Source: Methanobacteriota archaeon
GTDB lineage: Archaea > Halobacteriota > Bog-38 > Methanoflorentales > Methanoflorentaceae
Direction of reading: 5' to 3'
Length of the DNA stretch: 64,000 bases
Assembly: GCA_963701995.1 (NCBI GenBank)
Contig: OY969693.1
Location: 1,926,105 to 1,990,104, forward strand
Both the position numbers and the translations under genes were made by a program. This document shows, one piece after another, positions 19,595-30,259 of the stretch. Numbering within the stretch: the stretch's first letter is position 1; every line of letters begins with the position of its first letter. Below the pieces are notes generated by a model. The model saw only the letters and a list, made by a program, of their open reading frames with translations. It was not told where the DNA came from and did no database searches.

Positions 19595-20827
19595 TTAGTG
19601 CTCGTCGATCGCAAAGCGCAGAATTGCTGCGATGCCACCGAATGCTCGCATCAGCTGCTCTCCCTCGTTGAAGTCAGTCGAGATGAATTCCACCGCTGTG
19701 CCTGTGTCTCCTGCTCGGCGGATGAGCTCATCAACGACGTCTTCCTCGTGCACGCGTTCCATGGAGCCCTCACACTTGGGGCACACGCCCGTCCCTTTTA
19801 TCCCGCGAATCGTCTCTTCGAGCGTGAACCCGCACAGAGGACAGCTGTTGGTCACGCGTTGAATGCGAAGCGCCTCTGAGAGAAGGAGGGTGTCGACGGC
19901 GCCCAGCTGCAGCGCCTTTCGCACCTGTTTCTCTCCGTAGGTCGCCTTGTTGGAATCGTGCACGAGCTCCTTGAGGAAGCGCTCTACTGCATTCTTCTCG
20001 CGCATCAAGTCGAGCTCTTGCAGCACTTCGGCGCCGTTTTCGACGAGTTCGGAGAGGCCGAACTCGTCCGTGTAGGAGGCGTCGAACGCCCCAAGAATCC
20101 GCTGTTGCAGTTCGTGATGGAGGTACTCCCCGTCGACGAATTCTTCCTTGGTCGGGCTGGGCCCCCCGATGAGCACGCCTTTGAGTTCAGGGTGTTGGAG
20201 AAACTCGTTGTTCGCCGCCTCCCCGATGCGCTTGTAGAACTCGTGAATGGCGATGAGCCGTAGCCGCTCAAAACGGCGCTGCGACTGTCCGCCCTTCGTG
20301 TGTTTGCCTGGGACCCCTGAAGTGAGGTGCTTCGCCGGCTCGATGCGCTTGCCGTCGAGAATGCCGACTGTCGCCTCGTTTCGGTCGAGCACGACGAGTC
20401 CAAAAACGTCCTTTTCCTTGAGCATTTCCTTGAGGGGCTCTAGGTTGAAGGTCGAATCGCAGCGGTACTGATAAGATTTGATGGGTTCGATCGGCTCAAC
20501 GACAAGCGTTTCCATGGTCGTCTTGTCGCCGCCGAGCGATATCGTCCCGGTGAAGATAACAAGGCCTTTTGACGGCGGAAAGCGATAGTACTTGAGGCGC
20601 GACATGATCGACGAGAGCGCGCTCTGTACGTTGGTTCGCGTGCTCTTGGACTTGATGTTCGCCGCTTGGCCGTACTCGTCGCGTAGCTGGCTCGTCACAT
20701 CTGAGATCTGCTTGTCGGGCGGGATGTAGATGGTGATGAGCTCCGTCGCTTGGCCCTTCTTGCCCTCGAGGTTCTCGATAACGCGCTTGAATTCGTAGCG
20801 CTTTATTGATTCGATTGGGTCGCTCAT
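19595..20827 (-). CDS. prf1: Peptide chain release factor aRF1
   Basis: NIKS motif (AANIKSKSTR) and GGQ motif (HTKGGQSQRRF). Start taken at MSDPIESIKRYEFKR. Confidence 0.92.
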   Translation of the reverse strand: MSDPIESIKRYEFKRVIENLEGKKGQATELITIYIPPDKQISDVTSQLRDEYGQAANIKSKSTRTNVQSALSSIMSRLKYYRFPPSKGLVIFTGTISLGGDKTTMETLVVEPIEPIKSYQYRCDSTFNLEPLKEMLKEKDVFGLVVLDRNEATVGILDGKRIEPAKHLTSGVPGKHTKGGQSQRRFERLRLIAIHEFYKRIGEAANNEFLQHPELKGVLIGGPSPTKEEFVDGEYLHHELQQRILGAFDASYTDEFGLSELVENGAEVLQELDLMREKNAVERFLKELVHDSNKATYGEKQVRKALQLGAVDTLLLSEALRIQRVTNSCPLCGFTLEETIRGIKGTGVCPKCEGSMERVHEEDVVDELIRRAGDTGTAVEFISTDFNEGEQLMRAFGGIAAILRFAIDEH

Positions 20828-20917
20828 ATCGGTAGATCTCCGCCTTGTACACGGACAAAAAGTCAAAAAGGACCACGCGTTTTGCAGCCGGTCGCTCGAT
20901 AGAGGATATAGTGAGCG

Positions 20918-20932
20918 CTTTATTTAAAAACC
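20918..20932. promoter_or_regulatory. AT-rich TATA-like box in the divergent prf1/hypC intergenic region
   Basis: CTTTATTTAAAAACC is the only strongly AT-rich stretch between the two divergent starts. Which gene it serves is not resolved. Confidence 0.3.
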
Positions 20933-21083
20933 TTTTAGCGCGCATACAGCCAAGCGGGGCGAGGGAAGCTATATATGGCCGCGGGACAAAATTACGTACA
21001 GAACACGAGGCTCACGCGGTTCTTCTTGTGACCAGGTGCTGCGATGAGCTTCGCATCCTTGCTCGTTATAGGAGTCAATCTAC

Positions 21084-21314
21084 ATGTGTCTTGCAATTCC
21101 TGCAGAGGTTATTAAGGTCGAAGGGAATAAAGGCGTCGTCGACTACGGCGGTTTAGAACAGGAGATAAGCCTGGATCTCGTCGAGGACGTCCGTCCAGGG
21201 GACTACGTGCTGATCCACGTAGGCTTCGCCATCGAGAAGCTCAGCAAGGAAGCTGCGCTCGAAACGCTTGCGATTTTTAAGGAGTTGGAAGAGCTCGAGC
21301 AGGAAAATGCATGA
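21084..21314 (+). CDS. hypC: [NiFe]-hydrogenase maturation chaperone HypC/HupF
   Basis: 76 aa starting MCLAIPAEV (essential N-terminal Cys2), then GDYVLIHVGFAI. Confidence 0.9.
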   Translation: MCLAIPAEVIKVEGNKGVVDYGGLEQEISLDLVEDVRPGDYVLIHVGFAIEKLSKEAALETLAIFKELEELEQENA

Positions 21315-21657
21315 GTTTGGCATCGCGACCGAAATCGTCAACGTCGTGAAAGAAACGGTCGAGAGCCGTCCGGTGAAACGGCTGATCTCGGTGACCGTCG
21401 AGGTCGGGCAGCTCGCGATGGTGAACCCCGAGCAGCTCAAATTCTCCTTTGAGATGATTACTGAAGGCGGCCCCTTTGAGGGCGTCGAGATGAGAGTAGA
21501 AACGCTTCCAGCCGTCGCTAAGTGCAAGTGCGGCTTTGAGGGAGCCTTGGGCGACGAAGACTACGTGTGTCCTAAGTGCGGTGGCATGTACGAGCTGCTC
21601 TCAGGACGGGGCATCTGTATTAAGAATCTTGAGGTCGAGCTCGAAGACGAGAGCTAG
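21307..21657 (+). CDS. hypA: Hydrogenase nickel-insertion protein HypA
   Basis: Starts MHEFGIA (the MHE motif) and has a zinc site CKCG...CPKCG. The ATG overlaps the hypC stop (ATGCATGA). Confidence 0.9.
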   Translation: MHEFGIATEIVNVVKETVESRPVKRLISVTVEVGQLAMVNPEQLKFSFEMITEGGPFEGVEMRVETLPAVAKCKCGFEGALGDEDYVCPKCGGMYELLSGRGICIKNLEVELEDES

Positions 21658-21676
21658 ACGGCGAGGCGATTGAATT

Positions 21677-22714
21677 ATGCAAACACAAGGAGCACAGGGC
21701 GACGAACACGTAAGCTTGCTTCATGGGGCGGGCGGCGAGATGATGAACGCCCTCATTGCCGACGTTCTGACAAAGATTAAGAACAAGAACGTCGGCGGCA
21801 TTGGCTTGGAATCGTTGGACGACGGCGCGGCCATTCCGCTGGCGCAAGGTGGCTATCTCGTGCTTACAACCGACACCCACGTGGTCAAGCCGATCTTCTT
21901 TCCCGGAGGGGACATCGGACGGCTGTCGATATCCGGGACGGTCAACGATCTTGCGATGATGGGCGCGGCGCCGCTCGCCCTGACGAGTGCGATCGTCATG
22001 GAGGACGGCTTCGCGATCAGTGATTTGCGCCGGATTGTGGCATCTATGGACGACGCGACCCAGGAGGTTGACGCGGCGATCGTGACCGGCGACACCAAGG
22101 TTATGGAGAAGGGTGCACTCGATCAGATCATCATCAACACGGCGGGCGTCGGTTTTGTTGACAAGCCGGTACGTGACTGCGGTCTTGAGCCCGGGAATAA
22201 GCTTATCATCACAGGCACGATCGGCGATCACGGCATCGCAGTACTTGCCAAGCGCGAGGACTTCCACTTTCGCACAGAGCTGCGCTCGGATGTCGCCCCC
22301 ATCTGGCCCACTGTCAAGGCCGCACTCGATGTTGCTGACTCGGGGACTATCACGGCGATGAAGGATCCCACGAGAGGAGGCGTCGCGAGCGCCCTCAACG
22401 ACATGGCACACAAGAGCGGTGTGGAGATCATCATTGGAGAGGAGCTTCTGCCGATTAATCCCTCGATACGAGCTGCGGCCGAGATGCTCGGTATTGATGT
22501 GCTAGAAGTTGCCAACGAGGGGAAGGCGCTTATCGGTGTCGAAGCGGACAGCGCGCAAGCGGTGCTCGATGCGATCAAGGCAACCAAGTACGGGAAAAAT
22601 GCTGCGATAATTGGCGAGGTAAAGGAGGGACAAAAAGTGCTAATGACGACACAGATTGGCGGAACTCGCTTTGTCGATGCTCCACTAGGCGACCCCGTCC
22701 CCCGCGTGTGCTAG
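21677..22714 (+). CDS. hypE: Hydrogenase maturation carbamoyl dehydratase HypE
   Basis: 345 aa with a PurM-like fold and a C-terminal ..PRVC ending characteristic of HypE. Confidence 0.9.
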   Translation: MQTQGAQGDEHVSLLHGAGGEMMNALIADVLTKIKNKNVGGIGLESLDDGAAIPLAQGGYLVLTTDTHVVKPIFFPGGDIGRLSISGTVNDLAMMGAAPLALTSAIVMEDGFAISDLRRIVASMDDATQEVDAAIVTGDTKVMEKGALDQIIINTAGVGFVDKPVRDCGLEPGNKLIITGTIGDHGIAVLAKREDFHFRTELRSDVAPIWPTVKAALDVADSGTITAMKDPTRGGVASALNDMAHKSGVEIIIGEELLPINPSIRAAAEMLGIDVLEVANEGKALIGVEADSAQAVLDAIKATKYGKNAAIIGEVKEGQKVLMTTQIGGTRFVDAPLGDPVPRVC

Positions 22715-22862
22715 GTTATAGATTGTTGACTGCTGCTTCGTAGCCTCAATGAGGTCGCAGGGCTTCGAAATCCTGTTGAGCGTCTGCTCGTCCTTGGCTA
22801 AAATCCAGTCCCTGCGTAGAACCTTTTAGCATAGGGTTCCATCCAAACTTTTGTTTATAGCG

Positions 22863-23674
22863 CTATATTAGTTCCCCATTTACAGAAATCGTGTAATCTT
22901 TAATTATTATGTTTTTTTGGGCTTTTTCTAGTGCCCTTTGGACTACAATCTCAATACCTGAGCAGCAGGGAACTTCCATATGCACAATGGAAATCGATTG
23001 TATATCCTGTTTCTGGAAGATTTCAGATAATTTATCCACGTATTCGTCTATGGTTCTATCCAGTTTGGGATAGCGAATTATCAATACCTTATTCTTTAAG
23101 AATCTTTGATGGAAATTAGCATAGGCAAATGGGGCGCAATCGGCCGCCAACAAAAGTTCAGCATTTTTCAGGTAAGGTACGTACGGGTTTAAGAGCTGTA
23201 ACTGTATGGGCCAACTTCCGAGTTCTGAAGTTAACATCACCGGCTCGTGAGTCAGATTGCCAGATCTACGTAAATCCCGCGTCATTGAACCGGGACAACC
23301 GCAGGCCAACGGTTTTTCTTCGTAATCCGGAATTTCAATGTTATTTTCCTTTAAAAAGTCAATAGCCTCATTTACAAGATCCTCCTGGCCATGTTCCTGA
23401 AGGTGCTGCAAGTGGGCTTTATGACATTAGGTCCTGCTTTTGTGATATTTCCCATAACCTTGTACTCATCATAAGGTTCGGCTTCTCTTGTTTCAATTTC
23501 TATGGCGCCCTCCGGGCAATGCCCAATGCAGGCCCCTAAACCATCACAGAAGAAATCACTTATGAGTCTGGCCTTCTCATCAATTACCTGCAAGGCATCT
23601 TCAGGACATCCAGTAGCGCAACTGCCACATCCAGTACATTTTTCTTCAATAATTCGGATGACGTCTCTTTTCAT
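22863..23674 (-). pseudogene. 4Fe-4S dicluster-domain protein, split by a 1-nt frameshift
   Basis: The N-part is MKRDVIRIIEEKCTGCGSCATGCPEDA..CDGLGACIGHCPEGAI. The C-part (QHLQEHGQEDLVNEAIDFLKEN..HMEVPCCSG) continues in another frame. The junction is at a short homopolymer near 23415-23422. AT-rich relative to the flanks. Confidence 0.65.
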
Positions 23675-23824
23675 AGCTATTCGCCCATATCCGGTTGATT
23701 TATTGAATTTTAGGATCGTTTGCCCCAACATCATTGTCAAGGTACTAATCCAATCGAAATGCGCTCACTGAGCAGTCATGTCTGAATGAATCGTCAACCG
23801 AATCACCACTGGAGGAGACGGGAG

Positions 23825-24298
23825 TCACAAACCCATGTCAGACAACCCCGGATGATCGTCGGGGCGTCGCCCCAGTGGCCAATGATATTTGCGGTCCCCC
23901 TCTTTGATCGGCAAATCGTTGATACTGGCAATGCGACGCTTCATCAATCCATTCTCATCGAACTCCCAGTTCTCATTGCCATACGAGCGGAACCAATTAC
24001 CGGCATCATCGTGCCACTCATACGCGAAACGCACCGCAATACGATTCTCACGAAATGCCCATATCTCTTTGATCAGGCGATAATCAAGTTCCTTTGCCCA
24101 CTTCCGTTTCAGAAATTCGAAGATCTCCTTGCGACCGCTTATGAACTCGGCCCTGTTGCGCCATGTGCTGTCAATGGTATACGCCAGTGACACCTTCTCG
24201 GGATCCCGTGAGTTCCATCCATCCTCGGCCATACGAACCTTCTGCACTGCTGTTTCTTCGGTGAATGGCGGTACCGGTGGTCGGGTGTTTTCTGTCAT
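23825..24298 (-). CDS. DUF1348 (NTF2-like) family protein
   Basis: 157 aa. [72 protein letters not shown] matches my recollection of DUF1348. Confidence 0.6.
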   Translation of the reverse strand: MTENTRPPVPPFTEETAVQKVRMAEDGWNSRDPEKVSLAYTIDSTWRNRAEFISGRKEIFEFLKRKWAKELDYRLIKEIWAFRENRIAVRFAYEWHDDAGNWFRSYGNENWEFDENGLMKRRIASINDLPIKEGDRKYHWPLGRRPDDHPGLSDMGL

Positions 24299-24399
24299 AC
24301 AAGCTCATACTGATCTATTATAGATAAGTCTGCTTGGCATTATCGAATCTATTAAGGAAATGGATCGAAGGGTGAACTGCGTTTTCGGTTGGTGCTTTA

Positions 24400-25358
24400 T
24401 TAGACGACCTCGATCGTTGAGGGAGGTTTGGAGGCAATATTATAAGTGACGCTGACAATGCCGGGCACTTTGCGGATAATCTCCCCGGCGACCTTTTCGA
24501 GGATTTCAAAGGGGAGTCGGGTTGGTGTCGCGGTTCGAGCATCGATGCTGTCCCAGCAGCGAACCTCGATCTGCTGGCCGAAGTCACGCTTGCCTTCGTG
24601 TATGCCGGTAACACGGTCTTCGTAAAGAATCGCCATATACTGGAACGCGCCGGTGTCTTTTAACAATTCCTCCACGACGGCAGTCGCCTTTCGAACCGTT
24701 TCGATGCGTTCCGGGTTACCTCTCCTATCACGCGTGCGCGAGTGCCGGCCCTGGGAACGGTATACGTTCGAAAAGCTCAGCGGGAAGGCCGAGGGCATTG
24801 CCTACTATCCTGACACCGTCCTTACGAAGCTGAATAAGCGGTTCGATAATGCGGTAGCCGAAGGCCTCTTGCGGGTCTATTCCCAGTTGCTCGAAGACAT
24901 TGTGTTGCCGCTTTATCCCCGCGATTGTCTCATCGACATCAGTTAAGATAGTCCCCTGAAGGAGGTGTTTCGCACCGCTTTCCTTGACCATACGTCCGAA
25001 GACGTCCCGGTAGAAGGTCTGGGTCACGGCCTCGCGCTTCTCTTCCGGGTCGGTGATTCCTTTGAATGCCGAGAAGAACTCCTTGCGCATCGATTACCTC
25101 AACCTTGACACCGAGATTTCTGAAAAGAGCCGCAACCTGTCCCGCCTCCCCCTCGCGCATGATGCCATTGTCAATGAATGCGGTCTTAAGACGGTTCCCC
25201 AGGGCACGATGTCCGAGCATCGTGACTGTGGACGAATCAGCTCCTCCGGAGAGGGCGTTGATCGCCATTCCGTCCCCGACAATCTCCTTGATCTCCTTGA
25301 TCTTCTCGTTGATGAAGCCATCGATATTAAGTTCCCGTGCGGTGATCTCCTTAATCAT
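24400..25358 (-). pseudogene. guaA: GMP synthase ATP-pyrophosphatase subunit/domain, two frameshifts
   Basis: Three overlapping frames read in order. These are AINALSGGADSSTV (PP-loop); GTILTDVDETIAG..IIEPL..LRKDGVR..GLP..FPGPALA; and the C-terminal dimerisation part ..ARTATPTRLPFEILEKVAGEI. Confidence 0.8.
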
Positions 25359-25869
25359 TCCTGACCTCCGTATATGTAATGATGAATTTGCGTTGCCCTG
25401 AAAAGGGTACTTGTGAATATCCTTTAACGTATTGAATGCCTACGTGTTTTCCAGAGTTCTTCCAAAATAACAATGGAAGCATTTTTGCCATCTAAGTCAC
25501 ATTGAGACGAAAATTTTCGGCAGGATTCTATAAGTTCATCGTTCTCTTCAGCAAGTTTAAACTGTTCTCTTATCAGGACCTCCGCGTGCAATGATAGTGT
25601 TTAATCTCCTTTTCTGACCTGCTTCCAAACATCTCCTTCGTATCATTACCCATATATTTGATAAAAGTTTTGAAGCATCTTAGTTTACAGCGACAACACA
25701 ATTGAGTACTTCGTGTTCGTTCGCAAGCGTACACAGAATGCTCTCTTTTGCGTTCTCTTTCAGAAACGCATATGCACCAATCCTAGAGACCGGTCAAAGG
25801 AGGGACTAGTGTTCGGTAGTTCAACGTCACGTTGCGGACGCCAACTCTTATAATTAAGAGGTGTCCGTC

Positions 25870-26256
25870 ACGCAGCTCATCGGAAAATCAAAGATCGGTT
25901 CTTTTTCTGCTAGAAAGGGCTTAAGGTATCCGCAATTCCGCTTACCCCAACAGTGTGCCGATGTAATCGGGCACACAGCTAACATTCTTGAAACTGAAAG
26001 TGAGGGAAAATGTGCTTTTTGATCGTAACCGATCAAGCCAAGCCGAAAGATGACAGTGTTTTAAAACATCTGCATTCTGTTTTAAAACAGTGTCCAGGTG
26101 AAGCGCAGTATGTGGTGGAAGCCCTTGCCAAAAGTGCGCCAGGCTCCACGGAACCGTCAGAGGCAGAGACAAGCTCGGAAAGCACCGCAGAAAGCTTCAT
26201 TATCAATAGTTGGCTAGTAAGCTGTGCTGCGTCAGGCAGTGGCTTTGCGTGCGCAA
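25870..26256 (+). pseudogene. Remnant of an integrase N-terminal module (older copy) abutting attL
   Basis: Collinear with 31551-31931 (..IGKSKIGSFSARKGLRYPQFRLPQQ..AFLIVTDQ..). The start codon is ACG where the other copy has ATG, and a T5 run at 26016-26020 shifts the frame. Confidence 0.55.
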
Positions 26257-26296
26257 GCCCGGGTAGTGTAGCGGCCTATCATGGAGCCCTGTCGAG
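26257..26296 (+). repeat. attL: 40-nt exact copy of the 5' half of tRNA-Asp
   Basis: GCCCGGGTAGTGTAGCGGCCTATCATGGAGCCCTGTCGAG is identical to 31932-31971. Identity ends right after the anticodon loop. Confidence 0.85.
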
Positions 26297-26372
26297 CGAT
26301 ACTCCTTTTTTTGACCCCCTTTTAGTAAAACTAGGCATATATTCTACTCTTAGCCCAATTCACTCAGATTTA

Positions 26373-27341
26373 ATGAGTGATAAAACATGGATGATGCCCC
26401 CTTCCTATTCAGGCAATGGTCAGAGTCTTGGTTCGCTTCAGTTGACGTTCTCGCGAAACCAACTTTTCGATTACAAAAACTGGCGTGTAGAAGGCCTTGA
26501 TCGGAAAAGTAGTAACTGGATGAACAAGACGACTGAGATCGTTTGGAACTGCACGCAGGGCATTATTAGTAAGATAACAATGGACGCGGTGCGTGACGTC
26601 GCTTTAACCAAATACAAGTGTGTTTATTCAAAACGCAAGGTGCTATATTTTACCAAAGGTCTTCTCAAGTATCTTACTAAAACAACATTCGACACTCGTT
26701 TTCAGGCATTTGAACTCTTCTTGGAGATGCCTAAAGTGCTCAAAACGCGCAAGCACGTTACAAACCGCATTGTGACTAAGGAAGATGTGGAAAACGTGCT
26801 AAAAGCGATTGAACAGGCGTTTAGTAGAGGGCGCATTGATAACGATCACTACCTTAACTACAAAGCAATCGTGCTTTTTGGTGCGTTTACAGGTCAGCGG
26901 CCTTTAGCGACTATAGCAAGGTTGACAGTGGAACAGTTCAAGGAAGCTATGAAAATGAGGAAACCCGTTATTGATGTTCTTCCGTGGCAAGACAAAATTC
27001 GTATGCAGCACTATTGCCCGCTGCATCCACAAGTCGTCGAAGCGCTGCTGCCTGTAATCGAAGGTAGAAGAGATGAGGACGTTGCTTTTGAGCAACTGTC
27101 CTTTCAAGAGTGGCTTAAGTACACCGACGTCCGATTGTTGCACGGCGGTGCTCGTATCGTCAACGGAGATCTGAGAAAATTCTGTGAGCTGCAATCCGAC
27201 GTGCTGCAGTGGGATGAATCAAACAAGAACTACATATTAACCCACGGTGTTAGGGGAGTTGATTGGCGATTTTACAAGAGTCCAAGACCAGAACCTGTAT
27301 ATGATATCTACATACAGGTACTGGGCACCTGTAAGCTTTGA
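26373..27341 (+). CDS. Tyrosine recombinase/integrase (catalytic part; the open frame continues upstream through attL to 26010)
   Basis: C-terminal catalytic-type segments GAFTGQRPLATIARL.., ..HYCPLHPQVVEAL.., LRKFCE..ILTHGVRGVDWRFY. Two truncated paralogous 3' ends occur at 34992-35174 and 45683-45830. Confidence 0.75.
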   Translation: MSDKTWMMPPSYSGNGQSLGSLQLTFSRNQLFDYKNWRVEGLDRKSSNWMNKTTEIVWNCTQGIISKITMDAVRDVALTKYKCVYSKRKVLYFTKGLLKYLTKTTFDTRFQAFELFLEMPKVLKTRKHVTNRIVTKEDVENVLKAIEQAFSRGRIDNDHYLNYKAIVLFGAFTGQRPLATIARLTVEQFKEAMKMRKPVIDVLPWQDKIRMQHYCPLHPQVVEALLPVIEGRRDEDVAFEQLSFQEWLKYTDVRLLHGGARIVNGDLRKFCELQSDVLQWDESNKNYILTHGVRGVDWRFYKSPRPEPVYDIYIQVLGTCKL

Positions 27342-27912
27342 TTCATAAACCGTGCTTTAAACTTGCTTGACCGTGCCAAAACGCACGATGTTCCGTATAT
27401 GCAGTCTTGCAAAGCTGTCGAATTTCTATGTTAGGCTGCCTACGATTTATCAGCCTGCAAGGGTAGCAAAAATACCGTGCATCCGTCATTTCATCATCAG
27501 TGAAATAGGCATTTAACCTGCGGCCTTCTTTTCTTAAAATAAAACGTGTAAGGCCATATCAAAAGTACGTTAGTAAACAGTAGGTATTTCATACCGTCCA
27601 GCAACCGTCCAGCAGGGCCTAGTCGCCTTTCATTTTATAATCCGGCCAGCGCATCTGTCCAATAACCTCTTCATACGTCATTCTGTTTTCAGGATTCATA
27701 GTTAGTGTCTCAAGCTGAAACCCAATAACGAGTAAGATCTGAAAAGATCAAAACGACTAATGGGTTCGCCTAGTAGCGTTAAAAATCGTCAGAGCACGGT
27801 TTAAATGGTCTAAAAAGTCTTTTAGAAAAGTGTTATCTATGTTGAATACGATCAATAAGCTTTTATCTGCCAAACACACAATTAGGCAACAAAGCCACAA
27901 GGAGGTGAACGA

Positions 27913-28428
27913 ATGGCAAATGAAATGACCCCAGCGCCTGAAATAACCCCAGCGCCTGAAATAACCCCAGCCCCGCCGCAGTACCGTAGCGTCGGTGTCA
28001 GATTCGTAGCTCTTCTTATCGATGTCATTATTGCTGGCATTATTGCGTCAGTTTTCGCCAGTCCGTTGCAAACGCCCGTCTTCAATAGCGCGGATTTTAC
28101 TAATGGAACCTTTCACGTTTCCACCACAGCGAATTCGCTCGCAGGACTTGGCAGCATCATATCAGCACTCGTCGTGCTCTTCTATTTCACGCTCCTCTTG
28201 GGAGCGTATGGACAGACGGTAGGCATGATGGCCCTTAAGATCAAAGTGGTCAAAGAGGATGGCTCAAAGATTGGCTATGTCGATGCACTCGTGCGTTCCT
28301 TACTGCTGATCATCGACGCAATACCGTACATTATTCCGTTCTTGCTCGGTGCAATTCTTATATGGACGTCGGATAAGAGACAGCGGATTGGAGACCGCGC
28401 AGCGCACACCGTCGTAGTGACGGCGTGA
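27913..28428 (+). CDS. RDD-family membrane protein
   Basis: YRSVGVRFVALLIDVII.., GQTVGMMALKIKVV, and QRIGDRAAHTVVV at the C-terminus. The N-terminus holds TPAPEI x2.5, from an 18-bp tandem repeat at 27928-27971. Confidence 0.75.
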   Translation: MANEMTPAPEITPAPEITPAPPQYRSVGVRFVALLIDVIIAGIIASVFASPLQTPVFNSADFTNGTFHVSTTANSLAGLGSIISALVVLFYFTLLLGAYGQTVGMMALKIKVVKEDGSKIGYVDALVRSLLLIIDAIPYIIPFLLGAILIWTSDKRQRIGDRAAHTVVVTA

Positions 28429-28542
28429 AGGGCTATTTTTCCCTTCTTTTTTTTTCAAACGCGGCTCGTGGGCATAATTGTTGTTATCTCGTTCGCATTG
28501 ACTTCGTCACACTATTTTATTAGCAATTACAGAGCAATTACG

Positions 28543-28689
28543 CTATTTGGGAAAAACCGTGGTCAGATAATCTGGCGCATTTAGAACGGGATTCATAAGG
28601 GCAGTACCGGCTGTAGCGCCCATGGCTTTGACCAGGAACAGAGAGGCCACCAATATTGCCGTTCTACGGGATGATGCATCAGAAGTCAT
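28543..28689 (-). pseudogene. N-terminal fragment of a DUF4386-like protein
   Basis: A 48-codon ORF preceded by GGAG. RRTAILVASLFLV...APDYLTTV parallels RKTAIIVGVLFIT...ASNYLTSV of 29185..29895, then stops. Confidence 0.4.
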
Positions 28690-29184
28690 GTTCTTCTCCT
28701 TTTTTGAACCATATGGATAGGTTTCATTAGATTGGACTTGAGCCCGTTATGAAACACCCAACTCCCGACTGGTCGGTATTTTTTACATGCACCACATCAC
28801 AAAATGCATGATCGCTTTTTTCTGATGGCAATATTAGCGTCAAAATGGCCGTTATTCCTAGCGGCGAGCGTTAGCAAAGCTTCAATAGGTAGATAGTCAC
28901 TGCACTAGTCCCGGATAATACGCGGTCGACGGTACTCTTCACAATGCGGAACGCGCTCTCTGTCGCCCCGTAGGCTACAACGGGCGTACTTCTCGAACCT
29001 TTGGCAGTTCATCATATTTGCATTTCATGGACGGCTGAGTAAAGAGATCTACCGGTGCAGTGGGGAACTAGCCGCAGCTAAACGACAAAGCTTAAGCCTT
29101 CGTGCACCGCTTCTACGACCTAACGTTTTGCGACACGCCTATTGGCGTAGAGTTACGGCTGAAACAAAACGAAGGCGGGAAAAT

Positions 29185-29895
29185 ATGAATTCATATCGAA
29201 AGACCGCAATAATTGTCGGAGTATTATTTATAACCGCGACAGCTGCGTCTTTACTAGTAGCTGTTTTTTTAGGTTCTACTCTAGCTGCTTCAAATTATCT
29301 TACTTCTGTTTCTGCAAATGAAAACCAAGTGATAATAGCAATGATATTTGAGTTGATTGCTGCCGTTTCAGCTTTAGGCACCGCAGTTATGCTGTTTCCC
29401 GTCCTCAAAAAGACTATTGAAAGTCTAGCGCTTGGGTATGTCGCTCTCAGACTTATTGAGAACATTTTCTACATTGCTGGTGCGCTCAGTTTGCTAATAA
29501 TATTAACAGTGGGCCAGGGATATGTAGCAGGAGCGTCTAACGCTTCGTATTATCAACCGTTAGGCACGTTACTGCTGGCATTACATGACTGGTCTATTTG
29601 GATGGGGACTTTGATCTTTTTTGGTTTAGGAAGTCTGACTCTGAATTATTTATTGTATCAATCAAAACTCGTTCCTCGATTTTTATCAGTCTGGGGTCTC
29701 ATTGGAGCCGCATTAGTTTTATTGTATGGCCTGTTAAGTTTGTTCAGTCTTACACCTGACATGCTTTTCTCGATCTTGACCATATTGGCTGTTCCAATCG
29801 CCGTGCAGGAAATGGTATTTGCGGTATGGCTTATAGTGAAAGGATTCAATCCAGCAGCAATCGCTTCCTTGTCTGCCAAAACAGATACAAACTAA
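29185..29895 (+). CDS. DUF4386-like multi-pass membrane protein
   Basis: Start taken at MNSYRKTAIIVGVLFITA. Six or more hydrophobic spans. The family call is from memory of the N-terminal pattern. Confidence 0.5.
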   Translation: MNSYRKTAIIVGVLFITATAASLLVAVFLGSTLAASNYLTSVSANENQVIIAMIFELIAAVSALGTAVMLFPVLKKTIESLALGYVALRLIENIFYIAGALSLLIILTVGQGYVAGASNASYYQPLGTLLLALHDWSIWMGTLIFFGLGSLTLNYLLYQSKLVPRFLSVWGLIGAALVLLYGLLSLFSLTPDMLFSILTILAVPIAVQEMVFAVWLIVKGFNPAAIASLSAKTDTN

Positions 29896-30259
29896 GTTTA
29901 AATGAGCTCATCTAAAATAGGGAATGATGTGCAAAATGCTAATAGCAAACAGCGACCGTGTGCTTTATCTGCTTAAAGCGGCCGTATTTAGAGCTGCTGT
30001 GCTCTGTTAGCCAGCTTGTGCACAGTTCGGCTACTCAATCCCTCTTTTCACATCGCAGCGCATCCAGCCGCTTTGAGAAAGTCCCCTCCCTAGAAGCCTG
30101 TAGCGAAGAGGAGGGGCTGTGGCCGCAGGAGCTTTGGGTGGAAGGCTAAGGCTAGCTGTCTTTCAAGGTTATCATTTTTCTTGCGTCTATCCTGATCTTG
30201 TCCTCCGGGCCATAAAACATATTTTTCTTGATATTCTGATCTTGCCTTTGGGTAACCTT

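Noticed and set aside
22757-22776. GCAGGGCTTCGAAATCCTGT, a T-arm-like sequence at the left edge of the accessory region (possible tRNA 3' remnant or old att site)
   Set aside because: The loop would be 8 nt and no acceptor-strand match to tRNA-Asp or another tRNA could be established by eye. It is mentioned only as something to test when the island's left boundary is mapped.
26010-27341. The 443-aa ORF taken at face value as one ordinary integrase gene
   Set aside because: Its first ~95 codons run through a tRNA-Asp fragment and a low-complexity linker. The conserved N-module upstream is out of frame and lacks a start codon. It is better explained as a junction-spanning chimera (old IntN + att + IntC), so only 26373-27341 was annotated as CDS.
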